From Ramazzottius varieornatus (Eukaryota; Animalia; Tardigrada), in contig BDGG01000014.1 in assembly GCA_001949185.1 (NCBI GenBank), positions 1,147,378-1,211,377 of the forward strand: a DNA stretch of 64,000 nt, in the 5' to 3' direction. Shown here piece after piece: positions 11,099 through 29,583 of this stretch; the stretch's first letter is position 1; the number at the start of each line of letters is the position of its first letter. Under the pieces are notes generated by a model. That model saw only the letters and a program-made list of their open reading frames with translations. It was not told the origin of the DNA and searched no databases. Both the position numbers and the translations under genes were made by a program.

Positions 11099-14000
11099 AT
11101 GCCGCCGCCGTATCGCGTGGGAGAAATCGTGTGGGCCAAGATCAAAGGTAGGCATCGAGCTACTTCGACGCTCCTGGTGCAGTTGATTGTTTGATGTCTG
11201 ACTGCGGACTGATCGTTTTCAGTCGCGCACTCAGTCACGTGTTTCTTCACTAACATGCGTGCTGCACGCGACTGTGTGCGTCGATTGAACGAGGTGAAGT
11301 AAGACTGTTCGACGTCAGTCGAAAAAGTGCTTCGATGATGGTTTACACTTGAAATCTGATCGTATCTGAAGACAGAATTTTTCTGAGAGGCCCTGGAGTG
11401 TTCAGTGGAGGTGTCAGGAACATGGAAACGGTTGCTTTGAAGATACGACCTAGTTTCTGACTTGGTCGAAAGTTTCAGCCGATTTGTTTTTCAGGCTTTC
11501 CCAGCTGGCCGGCGATCATCCAGGATCCGAAGGAAGCGGTCGACTACCAAGGTGGGAAAGTTCCAAAGGGTAAAAAGGTGCACTACTTCGTCAGATTCTT
11601 CGTCACGGAAGACGCGAGCAATTCGGTGGCATGGACGGCTGTCGATGGTAAGAACTGTTTCGAGACTTGGAACTCCGGTTTCTCGTCGCATGACTCGCAT
11701 CTTACCTTTTTCTTCCTTGCTAGATATCATGGACTTTGGATCCGAAGTGCAGAACATGAGGCTTCAAGCCAACAACAAAGGTGGCAAAACGTACAAAGAC
11801 CTGAAGCTGTGCATCGACAAGGCTGAAGAAGCCCATCAAATTTGGCTCGAGGTATTCGTTTGATTTTTGATTGACCTACGTGGCTATCATAGCCCATATA
11901 GTCCGTTCGAGTAGAAATGAGGGTTGCTGGTAGCGGTGCATCAGACATGGTTACCTTGCTTTCTATCTGATGCTCATTATCACCCGGTTTTCGTTTCTGT
12001 AGGATATCCAGAAAAATCCGGAGAAGGCTACGGCTGCTGTGATGTCTGCAGGTACATCCAGTACCCCACCAGCCTCCATCGGATCGGACAAGCAGCCGTC
12101 ATCGAGCAGCAAGAGTGAGAAAAAGCAGTCGAACGGCAGCAAGAAAGGCAACACCGCTTCGGAATCCGAACCGGAAGGCAAGTTTGCATCGGGTACTGGT
12201 ATTAACCAGCCCCAACAGAAGATCACGCTGAAGCTACCCAAGAACCCCACTGGCAGTGCATCGAAACCAGCCAGTTCGAATAACGCTTCAGGTAGGACCC
12301 AATGAAGTCAGGATTCTAATCTGACTCAACCTAATTTCTGGAAAACGACGATGCAACTTGTTGTTGTAGGAAAGAAAAGGACGGCCGAATCCGAATCGGC
12401 TGCAGACAGCGAAACTGACGGAACTTCGACGCCGTCGCGAGCCACGAATGGACAGTCGGCGTCCAAGAGGAAAGTCATCCCGACGGCCAAAGTGGCCGAC
12501 AATGCCCAACAGAAGAAAGCACAAGCTGCCTCGCCGGCTCGCACAAGCTCCAACCAGCCCAAACAGCAACCCTCAACGGCTGACAAGAAATCTTCCAGCA
12601 ACAAAAGCCAGGTTCGAACGGAGAATAAATTCATGTTATGGGGGCCGAAATGTTTCAGCCATTTTTCCACAACAGTGCCGTCAATTTTGTGCCCAGCTCG
12701 GCCTTGACAAGCACCTCTCAGCGAAATAGTCAGAAACAGATAAAATTTCGAGTTTACTTTATAACGGAGCCCAAGAGTTTCTGTACAAATTCCTGAATGT
12801 AAAGTGTGAATCTTTAAATATCCGTTGTCTTGATTTTAGGGTTCCACGGAAGCGATAGATAAGGCAAAGAAGATCTCTCTGGGTTTGATGGGTTCTTTCG
12901 ACGACCATCGAACCATCCGAATCGCGCGCCAGTTGCTGACCAAAGGTGTTCGTGTCCGCATTTGGGAGCAGAGTGGGAGCTCGGCTAGTACCAGGGAGCT
13001 GCAGGAAGCCAAAGCTGAGCGAGTGTCAGATGGCGAAAAGCTCTTCGAGGACTCGGACTTGGTCTTCCTGTCGGCCACCAGTCAACAACAGGTTTCTGCA
13101 CTCCTCAGCGGACAAGAACATGTCATCCGCAAGATTCGACCAGCACAGGCTGGTAAAGTCAAGGGCGTCTGTGTCTTTAGCAACTTTGGCGAAGACGAAA
13201 GGTGAGTGTCATCACGAACAAAGGAAATTTGAGAATTTCGCGTCGAAATAGAAACCGGGGTAGGTTGGCCCTATGTACAGTAACCTCGGTTTCTATTCGG
13301 TTTTCGGTATGTTGTATTTTTTGGCTGTAATATTGCTTTTTGGGTTTTCAGTGAGGAACTAAAGGCCAGGCTGTCTCCCAAGAACCTTGAGTACTTGGAA
13401 TGCGCGTGGTTAGGCGGCATTAGCGCAGATAAAGAGAAGGAAAGGTCCTCCTTACGGCTGATTGCCGGAGGAAGTCGCCGTCTGTTCGAGCAGACGCTGA
13501 AGCCACTGTGCGACGTCCTGGGTTCCGGTCCAGAAGGCTGCACTTTCCTGTCGGAAGACGTTGGGGTGGTTAACGTAGTTAAGTCTGCCGTCACGATGGC
13601 CCACAATGTGGCGCTGGCTGGCATGGTGGAAGCTGTTGTCTTTGCACAGAAACACGGCACCGATCTCAGCCTTCTGCAGGCACCACTGACCGCCGTCCTG
13701 GCTGATTTTTCTCTCATGACAAAAGTTCGTAACATTGTGCAGTTCCAGCCGACAAAGGAGGCACAGGGAAAGAACCCAAACATTTTCAGGGAATCGGTAA
13801 GTCTGAAAAAGCCAGAAGTCCACCATTCTCTTCGGACTCGACCTTCACCCGGTACCAAGAGTTTTTCGGGGTTAACCTTGATAATAAGGGGCAGTCTGAA
13901 ATCTTTTGAGGGGGCTTAGCTGGAAATGGCGTTTTGATTATTTTTTGCTGTCGTAGATGGTTGCAATGAGGGATGCGGTGCGTCTGGCGTCCTATTCGAC

Positions 14001-14383
14001 CAAGGGACCAGCTTCGGTGACACCGCTGGCTTCGTGCGTGCTGGACATGTTCAAGACGGACTTCGTAACGTATCGCTATGAACGGCAGGACGATGAGGAA
14101 GAGCAGAGCAGCAAGACGGGTTCGTCGTCGGTTAAGGAGGAAATGAGCGAAGAAGGGGAAGAAGGGAAAGGCGCGACGACGTCGGAAGGCATGTCCAATG
14201 GGGAAAGCAGCAAAGAAACGACGAAGATCGGTAAGAGGTGCTCTGCGATGATTCTGTGAGATTCCGTTCTGATTTTGCTGTTTATTTTCAGGAGCTGAAG
14301 AGGATGATGGTAAGAAGACAACGAACGGGGATGAGGCTGCGGGGGAAGATGAGGAGGAGAAGGTGTTGAAGATGGACATTTGA
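11099..14383 (+). CDS. GLYR1: GLYR1/N-PAC/NP60-like PWWP plus beta-hydroxyacid-dehydrogenase-fold chromatin protein (multi-exon; last exon uncertain)
   Basis: Spliced PWWP domain YRVGEIVWAKIK|GFPSWPA..YFVRFF; K/S-rich linker; dehydrogenase-like domain (ISLGLMGS..LLTKGVRVRIW..SDLVFLS..YLECAWLGG..LIAGG..GMVEAVVFAQKHG); acidic tail to TGA 14381-14383. Confidence 0.8.
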
Positions 14384-15589
14384 GAGCAGTTGATGTAGGT
14401 TACCACTTGGTTCGTTCTCTTAAATTTTGAGATTGTTTCTGTAGATGAGAGGACGACTGACTGTTGGGAATGATTTCACTAGATACCAATTTTTTTTCTC
14501 GAGGGAGATCCAATTTCTTTACGCTATATCTTTGTTTTAGGGTTCGCGCTTGATTGTTGAAATTCTGGAATGAGTTTCGCTTGATGCTATTTAACTACAG
14601 CTTTAATCTCGTTTTGGCTGAATAGATGGCTGAATAGACCACCTATCCTGAAAAACAAAGGCTGTTTGTTTCGGCTTCGCCTAAATGTGATGGTCAGAAT
14701 GCCATCTTGTGGAATGTGGAATACTTCTGGACTGTAGATGGTAGAGCAGTCAGGTACTACAGCCGTACCAGAGAAATAAGAAATTAGATAACAGCGATCA
14801 AGGTTGGCAGTCGACGTCACAGCGGTTCGTGAGGCGGCGAGTTATCGCAATGTTTACATGGCGGAAATCTAATTTTGATAATTTTTAAATTTTGCTTCTT
14901 TGTGATTATTAATTTTTCCTTCTAGAGCCTGCCGTCTTTTACCTGCGTTGTGCTACTCTGCTTCTGCATGAACCTCATACTTTGCCACAAAGCTTGTGTT
15001 ACCCTCCGTTGTCTGCAGTACTTGTGCCCGGAAAAATTAGCTACGGAAAGCACATTCGAACAGCAATCTAGAGTGGAACATTATTCCCCTCCACATCGAC
15101 ACCTGGACTCTCCCGCCGTTTTACTGATTGATCGAGGGATTTTTGTTTGCCCGTCCTCCTATTCCGTTAATAAAGCGAAGCGAAAGACGATTTCTAGCTG
15201 GAGAAGAAGCAAAGAATGCATCAATGAAAGGTGAGTTTTGCTACGTTTGATTTACGGTGTGGCAGCTTCCCAGCATATGCATTGGTGCGCGCGCACATCC
15301 AGCTTTTGCGCGTCGAAGAACCGTCGATATCTTGTGCGCACTAGCTCACGCTGCATCACGTGCGCTGCACTTCAACCAAGCTACTTCCCCGTTGTCTGGT
15401 CCATCAAGAATATCTGATGCGACTCTTTTTACTACCAGTTCGGCATTCTTATCCAGGTTTACGACTTTCAATATGCACCGTGGGTTTTCCCGGATGTTCG
15501 ACGAAGGAAATGGAGGCGATAAACCATAAATACTCCCCGAACTGGAATTAACAGCAAATTTTCGTTTGGAAACATCGTAGAATAGCACA

Positions 15590-20054
<4,465 letters not shown>

Positions 20055-21752
20055 AGTACTTCTGCTGCCTTTTTATTATTGCCTTCGCATTCCGTGTCTT
20101 TTTCATTTGTACAGATATTATATGTTTTTACTTGCATCACGCACATTATATTATAGACCCCTTTTACATGTTGTCAAAATGTTCCCGTTGATTGGGATTC
20201 AGTTTTCCGGTGTCAGATAAAATGATTGATGATCGTTTCGCCGGATAGCATTTTCTCCTTTGGAGTTTCTGCTGGTATCGGCAGGAAGGGTTTTTGCGTG
20301 CCCCATTTTTTTGACATCGAAAAGCTTGTTGGCATTTTGAAAGGAAAATCGGGCCTCTTTGTTGAGCATCGTTTAAGTTGGCTTCCGGTGCGCAAAGTGG
20401 GGATAAAGAGCGTCTTTGTAGGCTGGTAACGGAAGGCCGGGGGGCATGTGGAAGGGGCTGGATGGAGGACGCTTGATGGGGGGAATTCATGTGATTTATC
20501 CCGCTTTGTTTGTTCAGATCACCCTCCACCGTGTTGCAGCAGTCAATCATTTTGAAGACTTGACGATCGATCGGCAACTAGTGCTGCTGTTGGGGGACTC
20601 GTGTGACTCTCAAGTTCCTGCAGTGCAGGTCCATTATTGACTTAGTCACTGCTGACACTTTTTCTGGCGCCTTGAGTTTCTGCAAGACAAAATGCCTCCT
20701 GACACTGATGGCCAGTATTATAATTGAATATCAAGCGGGACGAGTCTGTTTGCCTGGCTTTCAACTGATGAAACTGATCAAGGTGGTTACGACGACAGTT
20801 TAGTGTTGTGTAGCAGTAGGCTACACCGGGACCGAAGTCAGTAATATGCCTTTGTTTCAACTTTGCAGCGGAGAATATTAGCGCTGGTGGTTGATTTGCC
20901 GGAGAGTTAAGGCTGATTAATCTGCCATGGTTGTGCGATGCATTGGGATGGTGTAGTGGTAGTTAGAGTAACATGAAAGGCTGCGAGCTAAGCTCTTTGG
21001 GGAGCTTTCTCCTGAGTCCCTCCGCTCTTTGAGGTTTTGCGTCAGCATGTGCCTGGGCCAGCTTGTCTGGATCTGTCCATATCGCAAGATGCCGGAATGA
21101 GTGACAGATCGTAATTAGCATCATTGAAGCACGACGCCGTCTGTGAGCCCCAGAATAAATTGCCTGTTAGGCTGGCTCAGGCCGACAAGCGGAAATGAAC
21201 GAACCCCATTTCCCCCTCCTCGTCATCCCGTCGCTTTACGCACTCCTGCTTCCCAGTTTGCCTCGCACGCAACGCGCGCCTTGATTTCCTCTTTCAAATG
21301 CTAAACAGCCAATGAAACAGTCAATCACTTTTTATACATATATCCAGTGGCAAATGCCAGAGCCCACAGAAAAGCTGCTACATCCGCATCTCGCAGCTGC
21401 GGAGCTATCCACCCCGTTTGTCGTGGGATAGTTATTTTGCCTTTTTCGGAGTTTTTCCTACGATATCCCTGGACAGGGCTGTGCTGAGTACGGCCTGTTC
21501 CTGCGTTTCCTTAACGTTCCGTAAACAATGGCCAAATGAGCCGGAAATCCGCAGTTGCGCGCGGTATCGCGTATTCAGTTTTGCCGTACGTGAAAATCAT
21601 GTCGGATGAAATCATGGGGAATGATATCTGTGCATTTACTCATTGGCAAAGAAAGTGGGCGTGCAGATCGAGTACGCCATTTCGGGGTTTTATGAGTTCT
21701 ATTGGCCTGTTGCAGAGAAGCTGACTTTGAGGCGGAGTTTGGCTTATCCGTC

Positions 21753-22781
21753 CAGTGGCGAAGCTTGAAGGCTGGAGGGGTCAGCAAATTTTGGGGGCCC
21801 AGACACATATTGAGGCGCGCTTCCTCATCGAATCAGTGCGAGCGAATCGCGCGTAAATTAGAGGGTCGGGCCGCACACGAACACCGAAACGCATCACGTA
21901 TGGCAGCTGTACGGAAAACCAAAGTGTCAGCTCCACAAAGCCCGACTGTCAGCTAGCAGTATCGAGTGTACCAAACCAATATGATAGAAAAACAGGAAAG
22001 CAGTATAGTTGGACAGCTTACGGCGTTCTGATGGTATGTGACTACGTAACAACGAATCGGCCACTGGAAAACCAGTGGAAAGCCCGTAAGTCTCGTGATC
22101 AGAAAACTCTTTCGGTGGAGAAGTTGGTTGAAAAAACTTCCAGCGAAAGTCAATCAGTCACAGATCGTTTATGTCACATTTTACTGCTCTTATGTTTGTC
22201 AATCATATTAGTTTGGTACGAGGTAAACGACATAATTCGGGCATATCGATTTTCGCACCATAATTCGGGCAACGCGAAAAGTTTGAACATTATCATCAAC
22301 GCTTGATTCATCTCTCATCATACGCCTGTTGATACAACATTAGGTTTTTTAACATTGGACAGACCCATGTCTCTCCCAGGCCGAATTCCCGTGATCCACA
22401 ACGCTTTGTTGCTCTCAGACCTATTGAAACCTCCAGGAGAGGGATCACTCTACCTCAGGAAACAAGAAGCAGTTCATTACGCGCAGCAAGAGCTGAGTAA
22501 AAATATGCCCAAATTACGAGTGAAAGACCACTATGCCCGAATTATGTCGTTTACCTCGCATAGAAAACACTGCCAACTAACAGTCAGGTTTTTGGAACTC
22601 ACACTTGGATTTCCGTACAGTATCCATACGTTTCGGTGATCGACCCTCTAATTTGAGGGCGATTCACTCGCACTGATTCGATAAGGTGGCGCGCCTCAAG
22701 AGGTGTGGCCAAGGATGTGGCCCCCCAAAATTTTTGAGACCCGAAAAATTTGCCGACGCCTCTAGTCGAGCTCCACCACTG
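21753..22781. mobile_element. Old non-autonomous TIR element (hAT-like CAGTGG ends)
   Basis: Left CAGTGGCGAAGCTTGAAGGCTGGAGGGGTCAGCAAATTTT vs right reverse complement CAGTGGTGGAGCTCGACTAGAGGCGTCGGCAAATTTT; TSD not preserved. Confidence 0.6.
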
Positions 22782-23971
22782 CTTCCAGTGGCTTTTACGG
22801 CCAAGGATGGTCCAGAGCTGAGCCGGCCTTTCTGACCTCTTTGGCAGGCCAGAGACGTTTAAAAGTCAGGCGTGATTTTTCCGGCTGATAAAAGTGGAGT
22901 AATCATCAAGTTAAAGTTTACATGTGAGATGTGTTTATTTTTGGAAAGTGTCATTCCGACGAACGTGCCTCAGTACAGATACCGTGCAGCGCGCTAGTCG
23001 CCGTTTCCCACGCAAGTGCTTTCCATAACTGGATTATCGGAAACATTTCCCGCTGGATATTTTCTCTATCATGTACAGGGATAATTTCTCAAGGAAATGG
23101 CTCTGCTTTCAATACGTAAGTTTCGGAGATTTCTCTCCTGTCTGTTCCTTGGGCGATTCTTTGACTGAAATAATTTACTTGAATAGTGGAAAAAGTATGA
23201 TGCATTATGAAGTATAAATTTCGAGCAATGTCGACAATTGTTTTTTCTGCTTTCTAACGGTTAGGCCAAGGCTTGATGGTTGCCAAGTGCGCGGAGTGGT
23301 AGCGCCAGCGTAATTCGAAGCGCTGTGACTTGGTGGTGGTGGTGGGGTTCGAGTTGCTTTGTGCGATAGACATTTGAGATGCTCTGCTTCACACTGTTAA
23401 ATGTCTTGTTCTCCCTCGCTTGACTTGGTAAAATTATCTAACCAAGTAGATCATTTTCTCCCTCAACTACTGTAACTTGTTGACGACTTGCTACTTCCTT
23501 CTTGTGCGCTTTCCACTTTCTTTCCTTCGTAGGCAAGTTGGAAGGATTTAACCGTGTCAGAAGACACAGCTGCTTTCCTTGGAATAACAGCCATCGATCG
23601 CAATCACACCGCTGACCGATAAAGTGAGGCGCCTGCTTCTGCTTCTTCCCTGTCGCTGGGCGCTTCCTCCTCGCTCATCTCCTGCGGCAACTTTAATCAA
23701 TTAGCGACTTATTTCCTCATCTTCTAAGTCAACCTCGAAGCCACTTTATCTTCCTCTGCGATTGATTAACCTCCAGAAACACTGCCTGCAGATAAACAAT
23801 AGCCAATTGCGCGCGCCGCTAAGTCTCGTTGAAGCTGCGTTGCCACATCCGATGTTACTGCGGTGCAGCCTTGTTCGATCCGTTGTTTCGATGACGTCAC
23901 TGCGGAAGAAGACTGACCAAAGCGTTGTGCAATGAGTTTGCCGCACTGCTGAACATTTTTCCACCTGACCT

Positions 23972-25846
23972 ATGCACTCCACAAGTCCACCCGGAAGTCC
24001 GCTGCACAGGACTTCCGGGTACCATAGTCACGCCCCGTGGTACTGCTGGCTCTGTCCGCGCACTTTCCGCACACACATCTCCAAGCGAACATGTGCAACC
24101 GTCCTCATGATCTTGGCCCTTGCTGTCATATGTCCCTTCTTCTTCGCCGACCAAATTCGCCAAATGACTCGCTCCAGCGCCCTCCGTGTCGAAGCCTCTT
24201 CCAACTTGCTACAGGTCCACCTCAAGCACCGGACAGAAATCAGACTCAAACCTCGGTAAATTATCGCCCATGTCACATGGAATCAAGGCACTTCCAAGTG
24301 GCGCACGCTTTCACTCTATGACACTAGCAATGTGCGCCACTTGGAAAAACTAGCTGGTCGGGGTCATTCGCCGAGCTCCCAAATATTCAGTGCTCACTCT
24401 TTATAATGAAATCATTTGCAGGCTGAAGGCGCGCATTCGAAATCAACACCGGTTGAAATACCCCCTGGAGCCTCGCGTCTGTGATTCGGAAAGGAGAGCT
24501 GGTGTCGGCGGAGTGAAGAAGGATCCCTATATGGTACTCTTTATCCCATCCAGGCCGAACAATGCCCAAGACCGAGCGGCGGTTCGTGAAACGTGGGCCA
24601 TGCACGGTCGTCTATGTAATGTGCGTGTTATCTTCGGCTTCGGTCGTTTCGAGGACGAGACTTTGCTGGAACAAGTGCAGCTGGAACAGGAGCTGTACGG
24701 CGACTTATTGCAGACAGCGGAGGTGATTGATGCTTACCATAACCAAACACGCCTCATCTTGGCCTTCTTTCAATGGGGCCTAGCTCATTGTGGCGGCGCA
24801 CAATTCATTGGTAAAGCTGATGAGGATACGTGGATCAACATTTTCGGCGTTCTGAAGTACCTCCAACAGCCGGAAGCTCAACAGGTAAACAGACTAGCCA
24901 CTTCAACATGCAAATGCAAGCTCATCATGTTAATCGACTCACTTTATACGCATGCATTCACCCTCTTGTCATTTTGCATTCAACCCATTTGTCATTTTCG
25001 CAGCGCTGAAAATTGTTTGTCAAACCAGTGCAAAAAACGCTGGGAAACTCAGGAATAATACCAAAAAAATATATAGGAAATATTAAAGATTGCAGCTCCT
25101 TGACAAACAAACTCAACACGTCCGTTTCACCTAGGGGCGCACCCTCTCAGTCAGTAACACTGAGAACATACGCCACTTGGAAAAAAATCGTGTCGAGTTT
25201 GTTTGCAGAGCTCCCATTCGTTCTTTCGCAACGAAATCAGATAAGATAGAAAATCGTAGAAATAAACCGGGTGTTGTTCTGGTAGGATGCAGTGATCGGG
25301 CATTTTTTGATGGAGGAGAAAGTCAAGCGTCTTCCGGAGCAGAAATGGTTTTTGACCAAAGCCGAATACGCTAACGACACTTACCCGCCGTTCGCTGTCG
25401 GTCAACTGTACGTCTTTCCCCGTTCTTCTTTACCCGCCGTCCTGTCAGCCTCCATTCAGATTCCCATCCACTGGCTGGATGATGTGTACATAGGTGGACA
25501 GCTTCCCGAATTCCTCAAATTGACACTGGTGAAAATTTACGAACGATGCAACTTGTGGGAAGTGGAGAACTTGCCCTGTTTCGGACGGTATAATTACATC
25601 ATCCACGCCACACCCGCCGACAAGAAACGAGAGATATTTTACCATCCTTGCATGCAAAAGTACCGCCAACAGACCTGTGTCGTCCCGACGGATCAGCAGC
25701 TGGAAGAAGAGTTCTCCAAGGAGGAAGAAGCTCTGCAACATTTTGTCAAGAATAACTTGAGTGTGGTGGCCAAAGAGAAGGATAAAGAGACCCTTGTGCC
25801 AATTGTACACTTACCTGCGAGAAATGTCACGCAAAGAGTACCGTGA
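23972..25846 (+). CDS. GT31 family beta-1,3-galactosyltransferase-like type II membrane protein; exons approx 23972-24255, 24422-24884, 25286-25846
   Basis: N-terminal TM (VLMILALAVICPFFF); motifs RAAVRETW, EQELYGDLLQ, KADEDTWIN (DxD), YPPFAVGQLY, LDDVYIGG. Confidence 0.9.
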
Positions 25847-27161
25847 TACCGGACATTTACAGGAGTTTCTATTACAGATGGTCTTTTGATGTCGGTTTTC
25901 ACATTGCTTGTTTCTTTCTGGTGACAATTTATTTACTTCCTAATTGCAGTATTTTGTTTCCCTTACACCGTATGGGTAGACCTTTTCAATTCTAAAATTA
26001 CATCGAAGTAATGTTAAAGATAACGGCTGAACGCGGGTCAGAGAACTGTCACACGAAAAAGTAGGAAGAATCCGGGAAGATCGGCGACGGCGTCTTTCAC
26101 TCCCTCTGGCGGGGAACCCAGCCCAGACTTTCAACAGCCTTTTCCGTTGATTGATTGCACAGGTTTTTACCAGCTCAGTGTTACAGTGGCGCACGCCAAT
26201 CATGGTGTTCTCCCTCTGGTGGCATGCGACAGGGCGTCCGTCATCCTGGCAATGTTTTGATTCTTGTTCACTGATGTGCTGCTGAAGCGCGCGTTGCTGG
26301 AAGGAAAGACACCGCAAAGTATCCTTGACGTCATGCGTCAAAGCATAATGCGGGGCAGCTTTTAGTCATGATGTAACCATATGGTGACGTACCAGGTTGT
26401 TAATTTGACCGAAAAATAAGATTCCAGAGGGTGATACTCACCTTGTTTAGTTTAGTAAGTCGGACTGGCACAGTGGTCAGCCAATCAGATCAGGCGATGG
26501 GGGCGGACCTGAACGCACTGAACCCACTATGCTATGCAAATTCCTGATCGGTGCTCAGCGCGTACAGCCCACTAAACCCGGTTTAGTAAAAAGTGGTTAG
26601 TGGCCCGGTCATGTTCGACCGTGTTCATTGACTACTATGTAGCAGCCATGATGCTACGTGAATCCGTAAACTTTACCTGTCGTCTACTTTACGACATCTT
26701 TTGACTTTCTCCGACTGGCAAGTTTCGAATTTCTACCTCACAGTCCTCGTCTCACTGGAAAATTTCTTTCTGCTTGTTGTCACGATCGTTCTATCGACCC
26801 GGCCATAGTAGACAACTCGTGCATGAAACACAGAACCATAGCTAACTAGAAAACCAGCTCGGAATTCGACGCCGCGTTGAAAGAAACGTGGCCAGCAGTT
26901 TTGGACACGATTCGGAAGCAGAATTCAAAAGACAAAAGCGCTTTCTTTCCCGATGTAGAATATAGCGTCAAGACTACGGCTGAAACTGCAGTTTCCAAAA
27001 TTCTCCAGTCTGTGATTAAGACTACAGTTACACCTACCGTCGATGTCAGCTTACTGGACGTGCGCGTTGACGGTGCCGTTAACTGTGGCTTTGTAAGAGC
27101 AGCTCATCTATACGACTGTAGGTTTAACTGTAGCGTTGACTATTTTCTTTACTTTAAACTA

Positions 27162-27695
27162 CCGATGAAGTGGGACAGGTTTGGGTCCCTGTGGTTGTAA
27201 AACTCCCGCTTGGAAAAATTTTAAATATAGTGGGATTAGCTGTAATTCGCTTCTATTTATCAGTATTATACAGTCCATTCTCGGAAAGCCACGACAGCTG
27301 AACCCGACTGGCCTCGATTTCTATTCGAGCGTACCATACACATACAAATTCAAATTTACTGGTCCTCCATCTCTTCATCAGACTCGCCACAATTATCAGA
27401 ACCACTTCCATCTTCAATCTCGCTATCATCAGACTGAAGAAAAGAAGAGTTTTTGTAGAAACTTACATCGAGAACATTATCATATTCGTCAGCAGTATTC
27501 GTCAAGAAGCGCAAGAAACAGAGGAAACCTCGTTATCTCAGCCGGATAGAAATCAAGTTCTCTTGCTAACCATCGGCAGAGAAACCACTGTAAATAAGGG
27601 ATCAGCTGTTTCCGGCTGCTATTATTAGCCAAAAAAGACCGTGACCGGGGGCTGTTTTACGCTGAGTAGGACCCAAACCTGTCCCACTTCATCGG
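27162..27695. mobile_element. Tc1/mariner/pogo-type MITE
   Basis: Perfect 27-bp TIRs CCGATGAAGTGGGACAGGTTTGGGTCC (27162-27188, 27669-27695), TA TSD. Confidence 0.92.
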
Positions 27696-27736
27696 TAGTT
27701 TTAAGTATCTGCTATGAACTACGGCTTCCAACGGTA

Positions 27737-29583
27737 CGAGGGAAAGGTTGTTGAGTTAGCCGCCCCATGCTGCGGTTGTTGAGTTAGCCACCCTTGCGGT
27801 ATGTGGTAGAGACCGGGATCTGGCCGCGTGCGCTGCACTGCGCCGCAGCTGCGCTGCGTGGCAGCGCAGTTGCAGTATTCACTTTGACATTTGTGTGCAG
27901 CGCAGCGCAATATGCAGCGCCTAACAAGCTACGGCAGCGCAGCTGCAGATGATACGAGAAGAGAGTTCTCGATTTTCAAACTAAGGATCTCCCGGTTAGC
28001 GGCCGTTATACAACTCTTGTTTGGTAAGTGTATTCTGCTTCTTCATAAAACAACGACCGGTCGCGCAAGCTCTCCTTGAAATAGTGCTTCGCCCAACCGT
28101 AAAGGGCTTAGTGGTTAAGCTGTTACTGTGACCGGAAGTTTCGGACTTTGACACAGTTAGTTCTGTAGGTAGTTTCAACGCACTTTGCTGTGAACTGCTT
28201 TTGTTAGCCGAATGATTAGAGCTCTATAATGGAGGATCACGTGTTATCTGACAATTCTCTGCAGGAAACGGGAGGAAAATTGTTATTGAAACCGCAGCGC
28301 AGTTGCCTCGCACGTACAGTAAGGTGCAGCGCAGCTGCACCGTCCCTCCGGTCCAGATTTACGCAGCGCAGCGTAGTTGCCGAGTACCAGAAAAGGACGC
28401 AGCGCAGATGCAGCGTACTTTTTGACCTGCGGCCCAGGTCTCTAGTATGTGGTGGAGCACAGGCAGTGCTATAGCCTTGAGTCGTGGTACAAGTAATAGC
28501 GCTTTTTAAAACTGCGGTGTAGTGGACACCTTACCGTCAAATACACAGTACGCAGATTTTGACATCTTCGCGACTGAACTATCCATCGCACAACCAGCTC
28601 ATCACACTTCCCTAAAATCTTCTTAGTGGTTATTCAATACAACAAATAACATCGAGGTCAGAATACTGATTAAGAGGTAAAACAGCGGAACCCGCTTCAA
28701 ATCATAGGGTCGATTCCCCGCTAATTCATGTGTCTATTTGCGGTTTTTCTTTCAGTTATTTGCGTGGGTTACTCGTATAGACAACGTGGGATGTCGCTGC
28801 AGAAATCGACGCAAATGTTGATCGTTGAAGGCTGTGTGCTTTAGGCCTAAAACATGTTGAGATTAAAATACGATCGACGTAAGCAAGATCGGAAGACAAA
28901 TTACGAGAATAGATAAATCCACGCACCAAAGTCGGTTATTCACCTCCACGATTGCTGCCGCGCAGGGCTGTCGATTTAGCTGGATTTCCGTATCAGAGTA
29001 AGCCAGCAAAAAGTCAGCAAGAGCTTCTTCTTCTTGAGGAGGTATTTTCGGCTGATTTCCGTGAGGCCCAAGATGCCGATTGTCCAGTCGATTACTCAGC
29101 GTCCGTCGATTGACTCCGTACAGCATTGCTGATTTCTGCTCACTCTATCCCAGTATATCCACGGCATGAGATGCTGCTTCCAATGTAAGTTGAGCATGAG
29201 CTTCTGTTGCAGTCTTCAGCTTGGGAGATGTCATTTTTGACTTACGGTGAAAATAAAAAAAGTGCAGCAAAAGGAATTTGGCCCTGTCGTATAAAATCAA
29301 GTCACATCGTCAACTAAATTTACGCAGCCTGCGCCTCTAATGGCCTCGAGTTCATTTCCGGTCCAGGCTTTGTAACATGGGATTCAAGCGATCTAAAATA
29401 TGAAGATCCGTGGAGTCTTCCAGAACCCAACTTCGGTTACACATAGTATTATCCGGCAGCCCCTCATTTTCTCTATCGATCCATCCGAAATAATTTGGGT
29501 ATTAGTCACAGATAAGAGGCGAAAATATGTGGCTAACTGAACAACCTCGACATAGGCCGGCTAACTCAACAACCTTTCCCTCG
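27737..29583 (-). mobile_element. pogo/Tigger-like transposon deletion derivative with transposase N-terminal remnant
   Basis: Perfect 26-bp TIRs CGAGGGAAAGGTTGTTGAGTTAGCCG, TA TSD, inner GGTTGTTGAGTTAGCC repeats; minus-strand remnant near 28863-29234 (SAMLYGVNRRTLSNRL..PPQEEEALADFLL) resembles psq and CENP-B-type HTHs and contains an in-frame stop. Confidence 0.9.
27807..28444. mobile_element. hAT-type MITE nested in the pogo-like element
   Basis: TIRs TAGAGACCGGG / CCAGGTCTCTA; perfect 8-bp TSD GTATGTGG (27799-27806, 28445-28452); GCTGC/GCAGC subterminal repeats. Confidence 0.92.
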
